A stretch of 63,120 bases of DNA, filler included, from Sphacelaria rigidula (Eukaryota): the NCBI GenBank assembly GCA_964200075.2. It is 10 parts of 10 records of this genome, joined end to end, with 100 filler letters (N's around TTAATTAATTAA, not from the genome) between each part and the next. Parts side by side here need not be neighbours in the genome. Positions count along the whole stretch, not along the records: positions 12,646 to 18,867 come from CAXNAA020021410.1; positions 18,968 to 25,189 come from CAXNAA020021411.1; 8 more parts are not named here. One strand, written 5' to 3'. Positions 12,708-23,548 of the stretch are shown piece after piece. The notes under the pieces were generated by a model, which ran no database searches, was not told the origin of the DNA, and worked only from the letters and a program-made list of their open reading frames with translations. Made by a program: the position numbers and the translations under genes. The first letter of the stretch is position 1, and every line of letters starts with the position of its first letter.

Positions 12708-12960
12708 GTATAGTATATATAAAATATTTCGAACTCACGAGCGTGCAGCATTCTTTGTAACGAGGCGTCCACGAGCTTCAGTGCTGATTTTAGTGTCCGA
12801 GTTCCTCCGCACCCGCCCCGAGAGATGACTCTTCGGGCCAATGCCAATGCTAGGGGTCTATTACCCGGATTTGTGCCAGAATTTGTGTAGGGGGGTACAC
12901 AAGCGTTCGCGACCGTTCGAACCGGCGCATGATCGCGGTGGTCCTGCAATGTTTCCGGCG
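12708..12960 (+). mobile_element. Helitron-like element, 3'-truncated copy
   Basis: Colinear with 536-785. Confidence 0.65.
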
Positions 12961-13119
12961 ATCTATACTGGAATGAGTGTGTTATGTCCGCACCCGCCCG
13001 CACACGACCTTCTCATCATGTGTATTTTTTGAAATTATACAGTAATAATAGTATGTTCAAAGTTTAAGATCTGTAGTAAGTGACATTTGGCGATGTGGGC
13101 ACAACATCTGCGTTTACTC

Positions 13120-13186
13120 TGTAGCCTAGCGGTGGAGATACTCTTGACAGAAGTGCCGGCGTGAGTTCGAATCCTGTGTTGGCTGC
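13120..13186 (+). repeat. Degenerate tRNA-like (SINE-type) head
   Basis: TAGCCTAGCGG (A-box-like) and GAGTTCGAATCC (B box). Partial repeats follow at ~13304 and ~13380. No intact cloverleaf. Confidence 0.4.
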
Positions 13187-14309
13187 TTGTTTTTGCTCGT
13201 CGGGCATCAGTAAAACACTGTTCCTTTACACCGGGAGTCCTCGGCATGTGAGTGTTTTCTGTAGGTGGAATATGAAATTCTAGATGTGCAAGACGTCGGT
13301 ATTGGCTCGAACCCTGTGTCGGCTGCATGATTCTTGCTCGTGGTGCGTGAGCAGAACGCTGTTCTTCACACCGGGAGTCGAGTTCGAGTCCTGGGTCGAG
13401 TATTTTTTCCGTGCTGGTGGTCCCGCATATGAACACAGTTTGTCTACACCGGGAGTCGATTCAGTCTTCCGTTGCAATCTTCGCGCACTTTCTCTCATCG
13501 TTCATACCCGCGGTCCGATTCCTCATCGTCTCGCAAATTTTGTTCCCATCTTCATATTATCCCTTCCCATTCCAATCATCCAACATCGTCTTCTCTGTAA
13601 ACAAGCACGATAACCTCGAAGGCATCGGTGCGAGCAGAGGGAATGCTACGACATATCGACCGTTGCCCTGTTTCTCAGTCGCGCCGCAATCGTTTTCCTA
13701 CGCACTTTTCCTCATCGTTCCACCCGCAATCCAGTACTCTGTACCGTCTTATTTCTTCCGTATGATTGATTGGTTGATTAAATGATTGTCGCACTTTAAC
13801 TGGCCACCTATGGGTCCAGCCGTGGTCGCGTCATAGACGTGCCCAAGACAAGCAAAAGTAAAATACTCGTTCAAGGAAACGATGGAGCAGAAAAAAGTCG
13901 AGCAGAACGACATAGTAGACTAGGACGTAAAAAATGTAATGGTTCTAAAGGAAAGGAAAAATCAGCAAAAGCAAAGCACAGAAAGAGATGGCCGACCTGA
14001 GAAAAAATAGGGAGCAGAAAAACAACGGAATCAAGTAATTAAAAAGAGGGAAAACCCTAAGGGATTCGGGGCAGCAGACTACAGTAGATACAGACACACA
14101 CCAGCGGGCACCGCAGCGCCACCGACTAAGGACATAAAATTGTAGTCGAGAATCGTTTCTCCCCAGAGCTTGGCAGGGCAAGAATACCGCGACCCTCCAA
14201 GGAGGCGGGGGGGACCGGGGCGCTCTAGTGCCTTAGATACCCGCCTTTGCTCGTCGTTCATACCCGCAATCCTGGAGGAGTTTACGTGTGTTTTTGTTTA
14301 TATGCAAGG

Positions 14310-14416
14310 TGAACATTTCGAAAGAGGATCTATTTTCACGAGGGCTTGGCAAGGCAAGAATACCGCGACCCTCCAAGAAGACGGACGGGACCGGGGCCCC
14401 GGTCCCGAACGGCTTG
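14310..14416 (+). mobile_element. Helitron-like 3' end fragment
   Basis: Matches 790-902 and ends hairpin + CTTG|T. A shorter similar 3' fragment at ~14165-14228 ends CTAG|T. Confidence 0.6.
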
Positions 14417-14458
14417 TTTATATGTATATTATATACAATATACAAGATCGTATATATA

Positions 14459-14840
14459 CAAGCCGCACGGGACCCGGGGCTGCGCCCCGGTCCCGTCCGT
14501 CGTTTTCGACGGTGTCGATATTCTTGCCTGGCCAAGCCCTCGTGAGAATAGATCCTCTCTCGAAATGTTTATGCCCGCCGGAAACATTGCAGGACCACCG
14601 CGATCGCGCGTCCGTTCGAACGGTCGCGAAGGCATGTGTACCCCCCTCACAAAGTAAAGCACGTATCCGCTAACCGGGCCCCTAGCATTGGCATTGTCCC
14701 GAACAGTTATCTCCCGGGGCAGGTGCGGAGGAACTTGCACACTCAAATCAGCAATAAATCTCGTGGACGCCTCGTTACAAAGTATGTATCACACTCGCGA
14801 GTTCGAAATATTCTATATATATATATATATACTATATAGA
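14459..14840 (-). mobile_element. Helitron-like element, full-length copy
   Basis: Minus strand starts TCTATATAG(TA)n and ends hairpin + CTTG|T. Colinear with 536-902. Confidence 0.7.
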
Positions 14841-16135
14841 GGCCTCTGCACCGAAGTTTTGGCGCAGCCCGCAGCTTCAAGCCAGGATGTCGGGTAGGAT
14901 GTGCCACAAAGGAAGTTTTCGGGCCGCTTCAAAGTCAGTACCACCGTTTACCCCCAACCGAGCGTCTGCGCGCGTGCCCAAAAAAACGCTGAAATTATGT
15001 GTGTGTTCGAGGGAGATGTGACTAAAGCCAATGGTGATAACCGTAGACCTTGTGCTAGATTTGTCATCTGTCGGTGTAAGAGCAGAATACGCCGCGGTCG
15101 TATCTATTCTGATAGTAGCTCAAATACTTCCGAGTTGTCGCGGCTGGCGCTACAGTGGTTATCGTAAGCTAACGCGTTGTCAAGGTCGCCTTGGCCGTAT
15201 GCATCTATCGGTATTTCCTGCATTTACGATCCTCAACAAGTGATCCCTGTCCGGAACTCCATTTGCGCAGCTGTTAAGTGCCTACTGATTATGTGCTGAT
15301 TCATGTGTGGAGCGAGGAACTTTCCCTCCACTCATACGGGCTACACTCTGCCTGCACGCCCCCTATGCATGAAAAATAGAGTCGATGTATTGTCCGCTGA
15401 CTTGCGTTCACATGAATTCACGTCATAACGAGCTTGATCTGACATAGCAAAGTTCGCCTGTTCCAGCGCCTCGTCTCAATCTCTCCGCGTATTGGCGTGA
15501 TCATGTTACCGATCGCGAATCCATCCCCGATGTTGAGCCAGTCCCATCTTCAGTGTTCGAAGGTTGCCATTTCGGCCCAGCAGGAGATACTGTCCTATGC
15601 GGGTCCAAACGAGCGAAACCTGTCAAGAGCTACAGATACGTCCGCTGTTATTGGTTCAGCGTGTTAAATTCCATCAATCCCTTCCCTGTTTTGATTTGTC
15701 ACTGGAAAAGCATGTGCTTTATTTGTTGCATCTATGCCGTACGCGGGTTTGCGCCTTGACATGCCTGTACTTGGTGTTCGTGCGCGCGCTGTAGGAGTGT
15801 AATCAAATGTATCTGGTCGATTGGCGACGGAGATATGCAGATGGCGGAGGTGCGCAGTGTGACGCGTATATGGGGCGGCTCACCTCATGCGACAAACCCA
15901 AAGGAAGGCTGAACGCGGATCGCCGTACATGATACTCGGTGCTGTGTGTCTATCCTGTGCTACCAATGACGCAGAGAAAACTCTGCATGTGACCCAGAAA
16001 TTGTACGTATGCGATGCTATGCTTTTCGCTGCAGCGCCTGAGTATACCGCGGACCCCGAAAGTGCGTTTTGCGAATTTCGAACTGCTGCCGATCATACTC
16101 GGTACTGTGTGTCTATTGCGTAATACCACTGTCGG

Positions 16136-16190
16136 GCCGGTCGCCCCGGTGGCTCAGTTGGTAACCTCGAAACCCTCTGAAGGTTGGATC
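16136..16190 (+). mobile_element. SINE head interrupted by an LTR element
   Basis: Matches the SINE head up to ...GGTTGGATC, then switches abruptly to the LTR-like terminus TGTAGCC. Confidence 0.75.
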
Positions 16191-16478
16191 TGTAGCCTCT
16201 GCCAGACGATCTGGACAAGAGGACTTTCAACGAGGGATTTCTCCAGTATCACTGGCCTCGTGCTGGACAAGTCCTTTCTTCTCACTTGTTGTTATAACGG
16301 AGTGGTACTCAACATACCACATCAAGAGTCAGACAGCAAGGGGCCACCCAGATAAGGGTCATCAATCCAGGATCCACTGTCCCCTGCTACTGCTCCAATC
16401 ATGCATGCGATAATACTGAAACCTACGGCTTGGTATCATTTGGCTACAGCACCCTCAAAGCGAGTTCAAGACAAACGA

Positions 16479-17047
16479 TGCTCCCGTGACGATTTCACAT
16501 GAAACAGTGCCGATTACTGTTAGCGTGCGTACACCGTGGGGGGCTGTGGAGTTGCAGCCCAATACTTCGACTGTCACGCCCGGTAGGGACAACGTGGTTC
16601 TATTTGGGATGGGGACGATGAAGGAGCTCGGGATTGATCTATACCCGCTGGCGTTGGACAGGTTACGCCCGCGTGCTGTACCGGTACAAACCAGCGTGGA
16701 AAATCCCAGCTATCTTGCTGCAAGGCGTGTGATCGTATCCATACGGTTATTCCAGAGTCCCGTAATTGGCGCTCTGGAATGGCCGTATGGATACGATCAC
16801 ACGCCTTGCAGCAAGATAGCTAGGGTTTTCCACGCCAGTTTGCACCGGCACAGCACGCGGACGTAACTTATCCAACGCCAGCGGGTATAGATCAATCCCG
16901 AGCTCCTTCATCGTCGCCATCCCAAATAGAACCACGTTGTCCCTACCGGGCATGGCAGCCAAAGTATTGGGCTGCAACTCCACAGCCCCCCACGGCGTAC
17001 GTACGCTAACAGTAGTCACCGTTTTGTGTGTAACCGTCACGGGAGCA
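16479..17047. repeat. Long inverted repeat (foldback) of the protease region
   Basis: Arms 16479-16757 and 16772-17047, 14-nt loop. Both strands encode a near-identical peptide (VRTPWGAVELQPNT...SYLAARRVIVSIR). Confidence 0.92.
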
Positions 17048-18514
17048 CCCGTGGTGGTCTGTGTCGTTTGCGGTCCGTTTTCGAACGGAATCTGAAGCTG
17101 AGCGCCACCAAACTGCGAAGACATCTGTTCTAGCGACCCCATACCGATCGACGTTAGCGCGGACTCAAAATTCAAAATAGCGCGGGCCATGAACGAACCT
17201 AAGGAACCAGGCAAGGATGAATCTGCGCGTAAACACTCAGCCTTGCGATCGACAGGTACCGCGCCTGCCGAAGAACCCTGGTCGGTCCCAAGAGTCACCC
17301 GACGCCAGAGCTGCCCTCCCGCAGTTGACATTGATAACTGAGATTCGTCGGTCCAACCAGACCAAGTCGCCGAATATGCAGACGGCGCTGTTACAGCCGT
17401 CGCAGCAGTAGGGAATGCACCAGTCACGGATCCTGCCTGGCCGAGGGGTTGCGAACTATTGGCTCTAGCACTCCCCACCGGTGTATTTGCATTTTCCACG
17501 TACCCTGTCCGCCCCGCTACGGACGAACGATAAGATCCAGAGTCACCACCTGATGACGTAGTGGGAGAAACAGCAGCGGAGGAACCACCATCCGCCGCCG
17601 ATTGCTTGCTACCGCGGCCGCCGCGCCCGCGTCCCTGGTTGGCACGGCCCCGTCCACCGTGACAACCGCCCCGAGATCCTGATCAGTCTCGCGCATTGCC
17701 CTGTGCAGCACCTTGAGCGCAAGGCTTGGGGCAATCCTTCGTCATATGTCCGGCGTCGCCGCAGTTGTAACAAGCGCGAGTGGACGACGTTCACGAAGAC
17801 GGCTGCTGTTTCTGTTGCTGTTGCTGTTTGCGGCGCCCACCACCTGCACTTGTTGCAAAATCGCGCTGGCTATGTGCTGCAATAAACTCCCACTGGTCGG
17901 CCGCCTCAAACATGCTTTTGAACACCACGGTCGGGTTTTGTTTTCAACCGCCAACATACATTAGTACGCTTCTAACATACGCCTTGAATTCTGGAGGCGA
18001 AATCCCGTCCACCAAAGCTATGGAAACCGACTCGACCGAGCCTGGCAACCACCTCCTGTCCTCCGCACGGTACGTGGCTCGCACCGTGAGGTTTTCTGCG
18101 AAAACCTTTTCGATCGCTGAAGTGATCATCATCGCACGATCCTTCACGGATTTTCCACCGCTATGTGGCATAGTAAGAACTCTGCGTACAGCCCGCGCAG
18201 TGTGATGCTTGCCGCCGGTTGTGGTGTACCCGGCATGCTGCTTCACAGCATCAAGCAATTCGTCGGGGGTCATAGCCCGACGGTCCTTGTACATTTCTTC
18301 GAAGCACCGTTGAAATACAGGCAGGGATGAGTTGTCCGATGCTCACTCTCTCATGCCGTATGACTTCTGTTGCATTGGCCGAATATACCCTCTTTATGTA
18401 GTTAAGATATTTGGCACAGAAATTTCTTGACGCCTCTTCAGTCCACACTTCGCCATACTTGGGCGACTCTAGTGGCTCACCTAACACCAGCGGCGCTGCC
18501 GCCGTGTGAGCCAT
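16772..18514 (-). pseudogene. Frameshifted gag + aspartic protease
   Basis: CCHC zinc knuckle CYNCGDAGHMTKDC at 17772-17731. Retropepsin-like AILNFESA (decayed AILDSGSA) and VVLFGMATMKELG. Broken over several ORFs. Confidence 0.8.
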
Positions 18515-19027
18515 GTCGACTAGAATTCAACACTTCACTGAGAGACTCTTGCCTGACTTGTGTGTCCTCCAGCCCGCGGAGCGTCCCCCACTGCTGTGCG
18601 CTTTAAGTTGGTTTCTCTGTCTGCGGGCTAAACTGGCTTCCAGCTGCAGCCCACTTTTCTCCTCAGCCAAACTCCTCTAACAGAGTGCCGGAAGAATAAT
18701 ATCTAGATATCGGAGCCTCTGCCAACCGATCTGGACGGGCATTTTCAACGAGAGACTCCTCCAGTATCACTGGCCTCGTGCTCGACAAGTCATATTTTCT
18801 CACTTGTTATCATCACGGAGTGATCCAGGGGCGGGGGGGGGGGCGTACTCATTTGTTGCTTGCCTTANNNNNNNNNNNNNNNNNNNNNNNNNNNNNNNNN
18901 NNNNNNNNNNNTTAATTAATTAANNNNNNNNNNNNNNNNNNNNNNNNNNNNNNNNNNNNNNNNNNNNTTTGCTAAAGGGGTGGTGGGTAAAAGGCCAAAA
19001 CACTACGGCAAAAAAAAAAAAAGTACG

Positions 19028-19061
<34 letters not shown>

Positions 19062-19452
19062 CCCCACATATTTCAGTGCCAATGTTATAATGCTCCCCTC
19101 CCAGATTCGGATGCCTTGGGTTAACGAAACGTCCAATATGAGAACAACTTGAGAGTCGTTTTCAGAGTGATGAATAAAGTAACGAAGAAATCGCAGACAT
19201 CGATCGTCTCTCTCGTTGTGTTTGTCCACCAACAACCTATGACCGGATAGTTGATTCTTCTGTGTTTTTTTGCGGGTTAATTTCCCTCCTTTTTTGTTCG
19301 TTTAATTTCTCTCTTTTTTTCGTCTTTCGTCTTTGTCTATGTCTGTCCAGGGGATCCTGAGTCGTGCTGTGTTCATGTATGTGAGTGTCTAATTTTTAAT
19401 TTAATGCAATCTCTCTCTTTTTTTCTTCTTTTTTTGTCTATCATCCATCCAG

Positions 19453-19905
19453 GTTACCCTAAGTGGTGCATTGGGGCAAAACAGCGGCAGCAGCAGCGGC
19501 CTAGGAGGAGGGGGAGGAGGAGGTGTGGGAAATGGTGGGGGTCCGTCATTGGGAAACGGCGGTGCCGGAGGCGTTGGCAGGCGACTGAACGGTAGCAACA
19601 AGCAATTCCAAATGAACGGATCCGGATCTTACAACAACAGCGGCGGTAGTGGAGGGTTCCTACAGAGAGTCACTAACAACCACACCAACAACAGCGGTCA
19701 AAGTTCAAGAAATGGCGGTGGGGGAAGTCATGGTACCTTCCGGAGTGGAGGCGGAGGCGGAGGCGGAGGGGGAGGGGGAGGTCGGAGGTCGGGTGGGGGG
19801 GGCGGAGGGCGGGGAGGCCCGAGGGGAAGAGGCGGCGGGAACAAGATTAATGTTTCTACGTTGGATCTTGATGCGCAATTGGATGCGCACATGGCTAAGC
19901 GGTAG
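19453..19905 (+). CDS. Last exon of an ALY/REF (THOC4/Yra1)- or Chtop-like RGG-rich RNA-binding protein
   Basis: Long pyrimidine tract and CCAG| acceptor; Gly/Arg-rich region; C-terminal STLDLDAQLDAHM motif typical of the FoP-duplication / UAP56-binding motif; TAG stop. Confidence 0.8.
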   Translation, partial: VTLSGALGQNSGSSSGLGGGGGGGVGNGGGPSLGNGGAGGVGRRLNGSNKQFQMNGSGSYNNSGGSGGFLQRVTNNHTNNSGQSSRNGGGGSHGTFRSGGGGGGGGGGGGRRSGGGGGGRGGPRGRGGGNKINVSTLDLDAQLDAHMAKR

Positions 19906-22854
19906 ACTGGTGTACGTATTTGTGTGTATGTGTATCTTACGGTAGTATTCACGTCCCGCCGGAAATCTACACAGAAGTCCGGTCGCAGATTTTTTTTTCT
20001 TTTTCTTCTTCGAATTTTCGATTTTTCGAGTCTTGTGGATGGGCGAATTTTGGTCGGGGGGGGCGGGGGGAGGTTACGTGCGCGTGTTGTTGTGGGCGCT
20101 GTTTTCCGTCCGTCCTTCAGTTCGACGTTTTGTCCTGTTTTTTTTTGTTTTTTTCTTTCAGGGTTGTACGATGGTTTGGTTGGATACGGGGGGTGGGCAG
20201 GGAGGGAAAAGGTTCGTTGCTGCTGAACTGAAGTCAATCAAGCGCTCACTGTTGTAACCCTTGAACTCCCCGCCCCACGGACTTGTGGCTCAGGGTTAAT
20301 GTCTGTAATTCGGACTGTAGGTGTGAACAGGTGCTCCCTGTACGAGGGTCAGTTCGTGAGCGAAACTCTTTCCGGTTTTGTCCCCCTGTTTCGATATCTG
20401 GGAGGTAATCCACGTCGCCCGGTCTCTTTCCGGGTGGAAGGGCTATTCTCTGGGAAGGCTTGATTTTCGCTGACGGACATTATCCATGGTGAAAATTTAC
20501 GTGAGTGCAAACGCACATCTTTCGTGCGTGCGCCCATATAACGATAAAAATCTGCAGGGTGTATAGATGCTGTTTTTTGTTCTATCTTCGGTCAGGACAA
20601 GGGGCATCTGTGCGCTCAAAGCGAGCGATAACGGTGCTCGCGATATGTTGCGCCAGGGATTGTACCGCGCTCGAAGGGGGCAGGGGTCGTCAGGAACGAC
20701 GTGTCGTCGCATTTGCTGTTCCTTACAGTCCGCTTGAGTCGTACATGGAATGTAAGCACGGTATTGTCGAGAAGAACTGTAGGCGGACGTGATGCGTCGA
20801 CTGCAAGGTGATCGAGTGATGATCGTTTCGTGTGCCGTGGTACGAGTATGCGAGTACAGCAGGTCGTGGTTCATGTTTCACTTCATTTGGCATCGCTCCA
20901 TGTACGCCGACGTGACGGCACTACTGCCACCATCACAAGCAGTGGTGGTAAGTGGCGGGGCTCAGCCTTTGCGTGAACTGTTGTAGCATGTTTTAGGGGA
21001 AAGGATGTCAACCACTGCTGGCGCTGCTGCTACCTGAATGGGGTAAGATGATATTTTTTTTTGCCCCCATATTTTTACTCGGGAAGACGTTGAAAAGGAG
21101 GCGTTTCTACGAATCCATGTTTCATTTTGTTTTTTTCCACGCTCTCTTTGTATTCAAGTACATGGAAGCGCAGGAGCACTGCTGCGTTTTACACATGGAC
21201 CACATCCACTTATGGGTACTCGCACGCTGTACGCTTTTTATCGTTCATTTAGAGAGTTGGGGGGGGGGGGACACAACCGAGTTCATTCGAAGGGATAATA
21301 ACAAACTTCTGTGCTTACTCTCTGTCGTCACTCAATATGCCACGATCGATTTGTCTTGTACAGTGATGCCCAGGTTGTGATGAGAGAGAGGTTGGGTCTC
21401 TATCGGCGAAAATAGAAAGGGTGTACCGTCTTGGTGACACGGGTCACCCACCCCTTGATCGATTGGCTTTCAGAAGCTGATCTCCGTGAAAACAAGATAC
21501 TTTCATGGGTACCTCTACGTCTTGAGCAGCCGTCGTCCCTGCTGCATGCTGCGGAAATCGGCGTTTCGCTTTCAAACGACAAGAGAAACGCCGAACCTGC
21601 CGCAGATCTTGAAATAATTACAATCCCGTCACGGTTATTTTTACACTGAAGAGTCGATTACCCTTTACAGATCGATTCCTAAAAAGAGTGATCCCAGCCA
21701 ACAGGGCAATCCTCGCGCTACTTGATGCATATCTGTGTAGGCAAGATGAGTCTTGAGCTCCCTTCTGTCTTTTGAGCAGCTATCGTATCCTGCCGCACGA
21801 GGAAAATGATGTGTTTCAGACGGAATCTGATATGTTGGACTGAATGTAAACCTACTTTCATACCGACGGGATGTTCCAGCTTGTGATTCGCAGATCAAGC
21901 TTCAAGCCCACCTGCTTTGGATTCAGTACGTTAAATACAGTGCCATCATAGGTCGCCTCCCCGGTACCTGCGGTTCATACATCCCTTCAGGACGTTTCGA
22001 AATGCCAGATACTCTCTACAGGCCGGGAGGTCCTCCGGGTCGCCCAAATATGTCACACGACCCCAAATGGGAATGACTGCGATTTTTGCACCCGAACAGC
22101 ACCCAGGGAAGGCACAACGGCTGCGCAGCCATCACGCAACTTCTTCAACTCTGTATAGATAGAAAACACTTTGTTCCCACCCCATCTCTGTACAGAACCG
22201 AACACAGCAGCCGTATAGCCGCTCAGGCAATGCCTATCGCAGATCAAACCGTCTTCGCAGGTTAAAACTCGCCACGGTACAGCGGCAACTGCAGGAGGAT
22301 AGAAGAAATGAAGGATGGGTACGGACATGAAGCGCACCTACAATGTCCCTGACCTTAGGTAACAATGGTGGCTAGGTCTACAGTGTGTGTCGAGACAAAA
22401 ATAGTGCAGCAGTTCGGGCAACCTCCGGAGATGATCAAACCGTCTTCGTAGAGTTCATCACCCCACCACTACGTCAGCTACAGCGCGGGAATGATGCGCC
22501 TGGGCACGAAGCGCCTTGAATGTGAAAGACACAACGTCCAACGAACACCATGATACATACGTTGGGTGTGACTTGCTTCTTCCGTGTGCAATGGAGCGAA
22601 GAGAACTCCTGTAGCAGTGGAACATCCCAACGGTTGGGCTATCGAATGAGAGCTCAACCCTTCTAGTACCCCTCGACCTCTTGCGATTTTGAGTCCCGCC
22701 ATTTTGGCGAGAAAATGGTAATAATGGAGTATGGAGCGTGTTGATATCCTCTTCTTGTAGATCGAAAAAGAAAAGACGCGATTGAAATCGTTTAGCAACC
22801 GCTGACCGGTAGTCTGAAGGTAGAACTACTGACACCATTGGGGCGGAGGAAACG

Positions 22855-22982
22855 TGTTGAGATACCGGTTGTCTGCTGGGCTAGTCAGCCAGCGAAGAGC
22901 TAGTTAGCCAGCGAAGAGCTAGTTAGCCAGCGAAGCCAGTGCTGGCTGACTAACTCAGCAGCAGTCAACCGGTATCTCAACA
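22855..22982. repeat. Hairpin enclosing a short tandem repeat, overlapping a tRNA-like head
   Basis: 17-bp perfect inverted repeat TGTTGAGATACCGGTTG/CAACCGGTATCTCAACA encloses three copies of GCTAGT(C/T)AGCCAGCGAAG. B box GTTCGAATCCC at ~22999. Confidence 0.75.
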
Positions 22983-23249
22983 AAAGCCAAGGTTTAGCGT
23001 TCGAATCCCTGTGCAGCTAAAAATATTCTCCGATGTCGCGCGGGTGCGGTCGAAAGGAAAGGGGAAGGCAGAAAACTTGACTTCGATATTGAGCACCGGG
23101 TGCGGTCGAAGTCTACCGGTTGAACTTAACAGCGTTGGTTACGGGGATAGCAACTCTGGGGTGTGAGTGCTCGGGGTCATGCGCTGGCTGTTTAGCTCAG
23201 AAGTTAACCGGTTTCTTGACAAAATGGTGCTTCAAAGCCCGCCACATCT

Positions 23250-23548
23250 AACAATGTTTTTGCGAGATTGAGAGTTGAGGATACGATTGAAGGTGAAGAG
23301 CGGTCAATTAGTGAATGAATCGTGTCAGCTCTAAAATGCCCCCTCACGAGGCTCAATGTGCTTTCTGTGGTAGCTTGCCACTGGGCCCTTGAAACCCCTG
23401 AGTAGGATATCGACGTGTAGCTGTAAGCACACGCCAGTTAAAGAGGCAACTAAGAGCACACATGGGATCGAAAACTGGCTACGCTAAAGGGAATGATCGA
23501 AGCCACTCTCAATCAGCGCTCCACTCTAAATGTCACGAAAACGTTGTT
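23250..23548. mobile_element. MITE family C copy
   Basis: Colinear with 7483-7780, same TIRs. Confidence 0.75.

Larger units (their letters stand above)
16191..18825 (-). mobile_element. Internally deleted and rearranged LTR retrotransposon (Ty3/gypsy-like gag-protease, no RT/RH/IN)
   Basis: ~115-bp direct repeats at 16191-16305 and 18711-18825 flank gag and protease remnants. The minus-strand 3' end is CA at 16192-16191. Confidence 0.7.
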
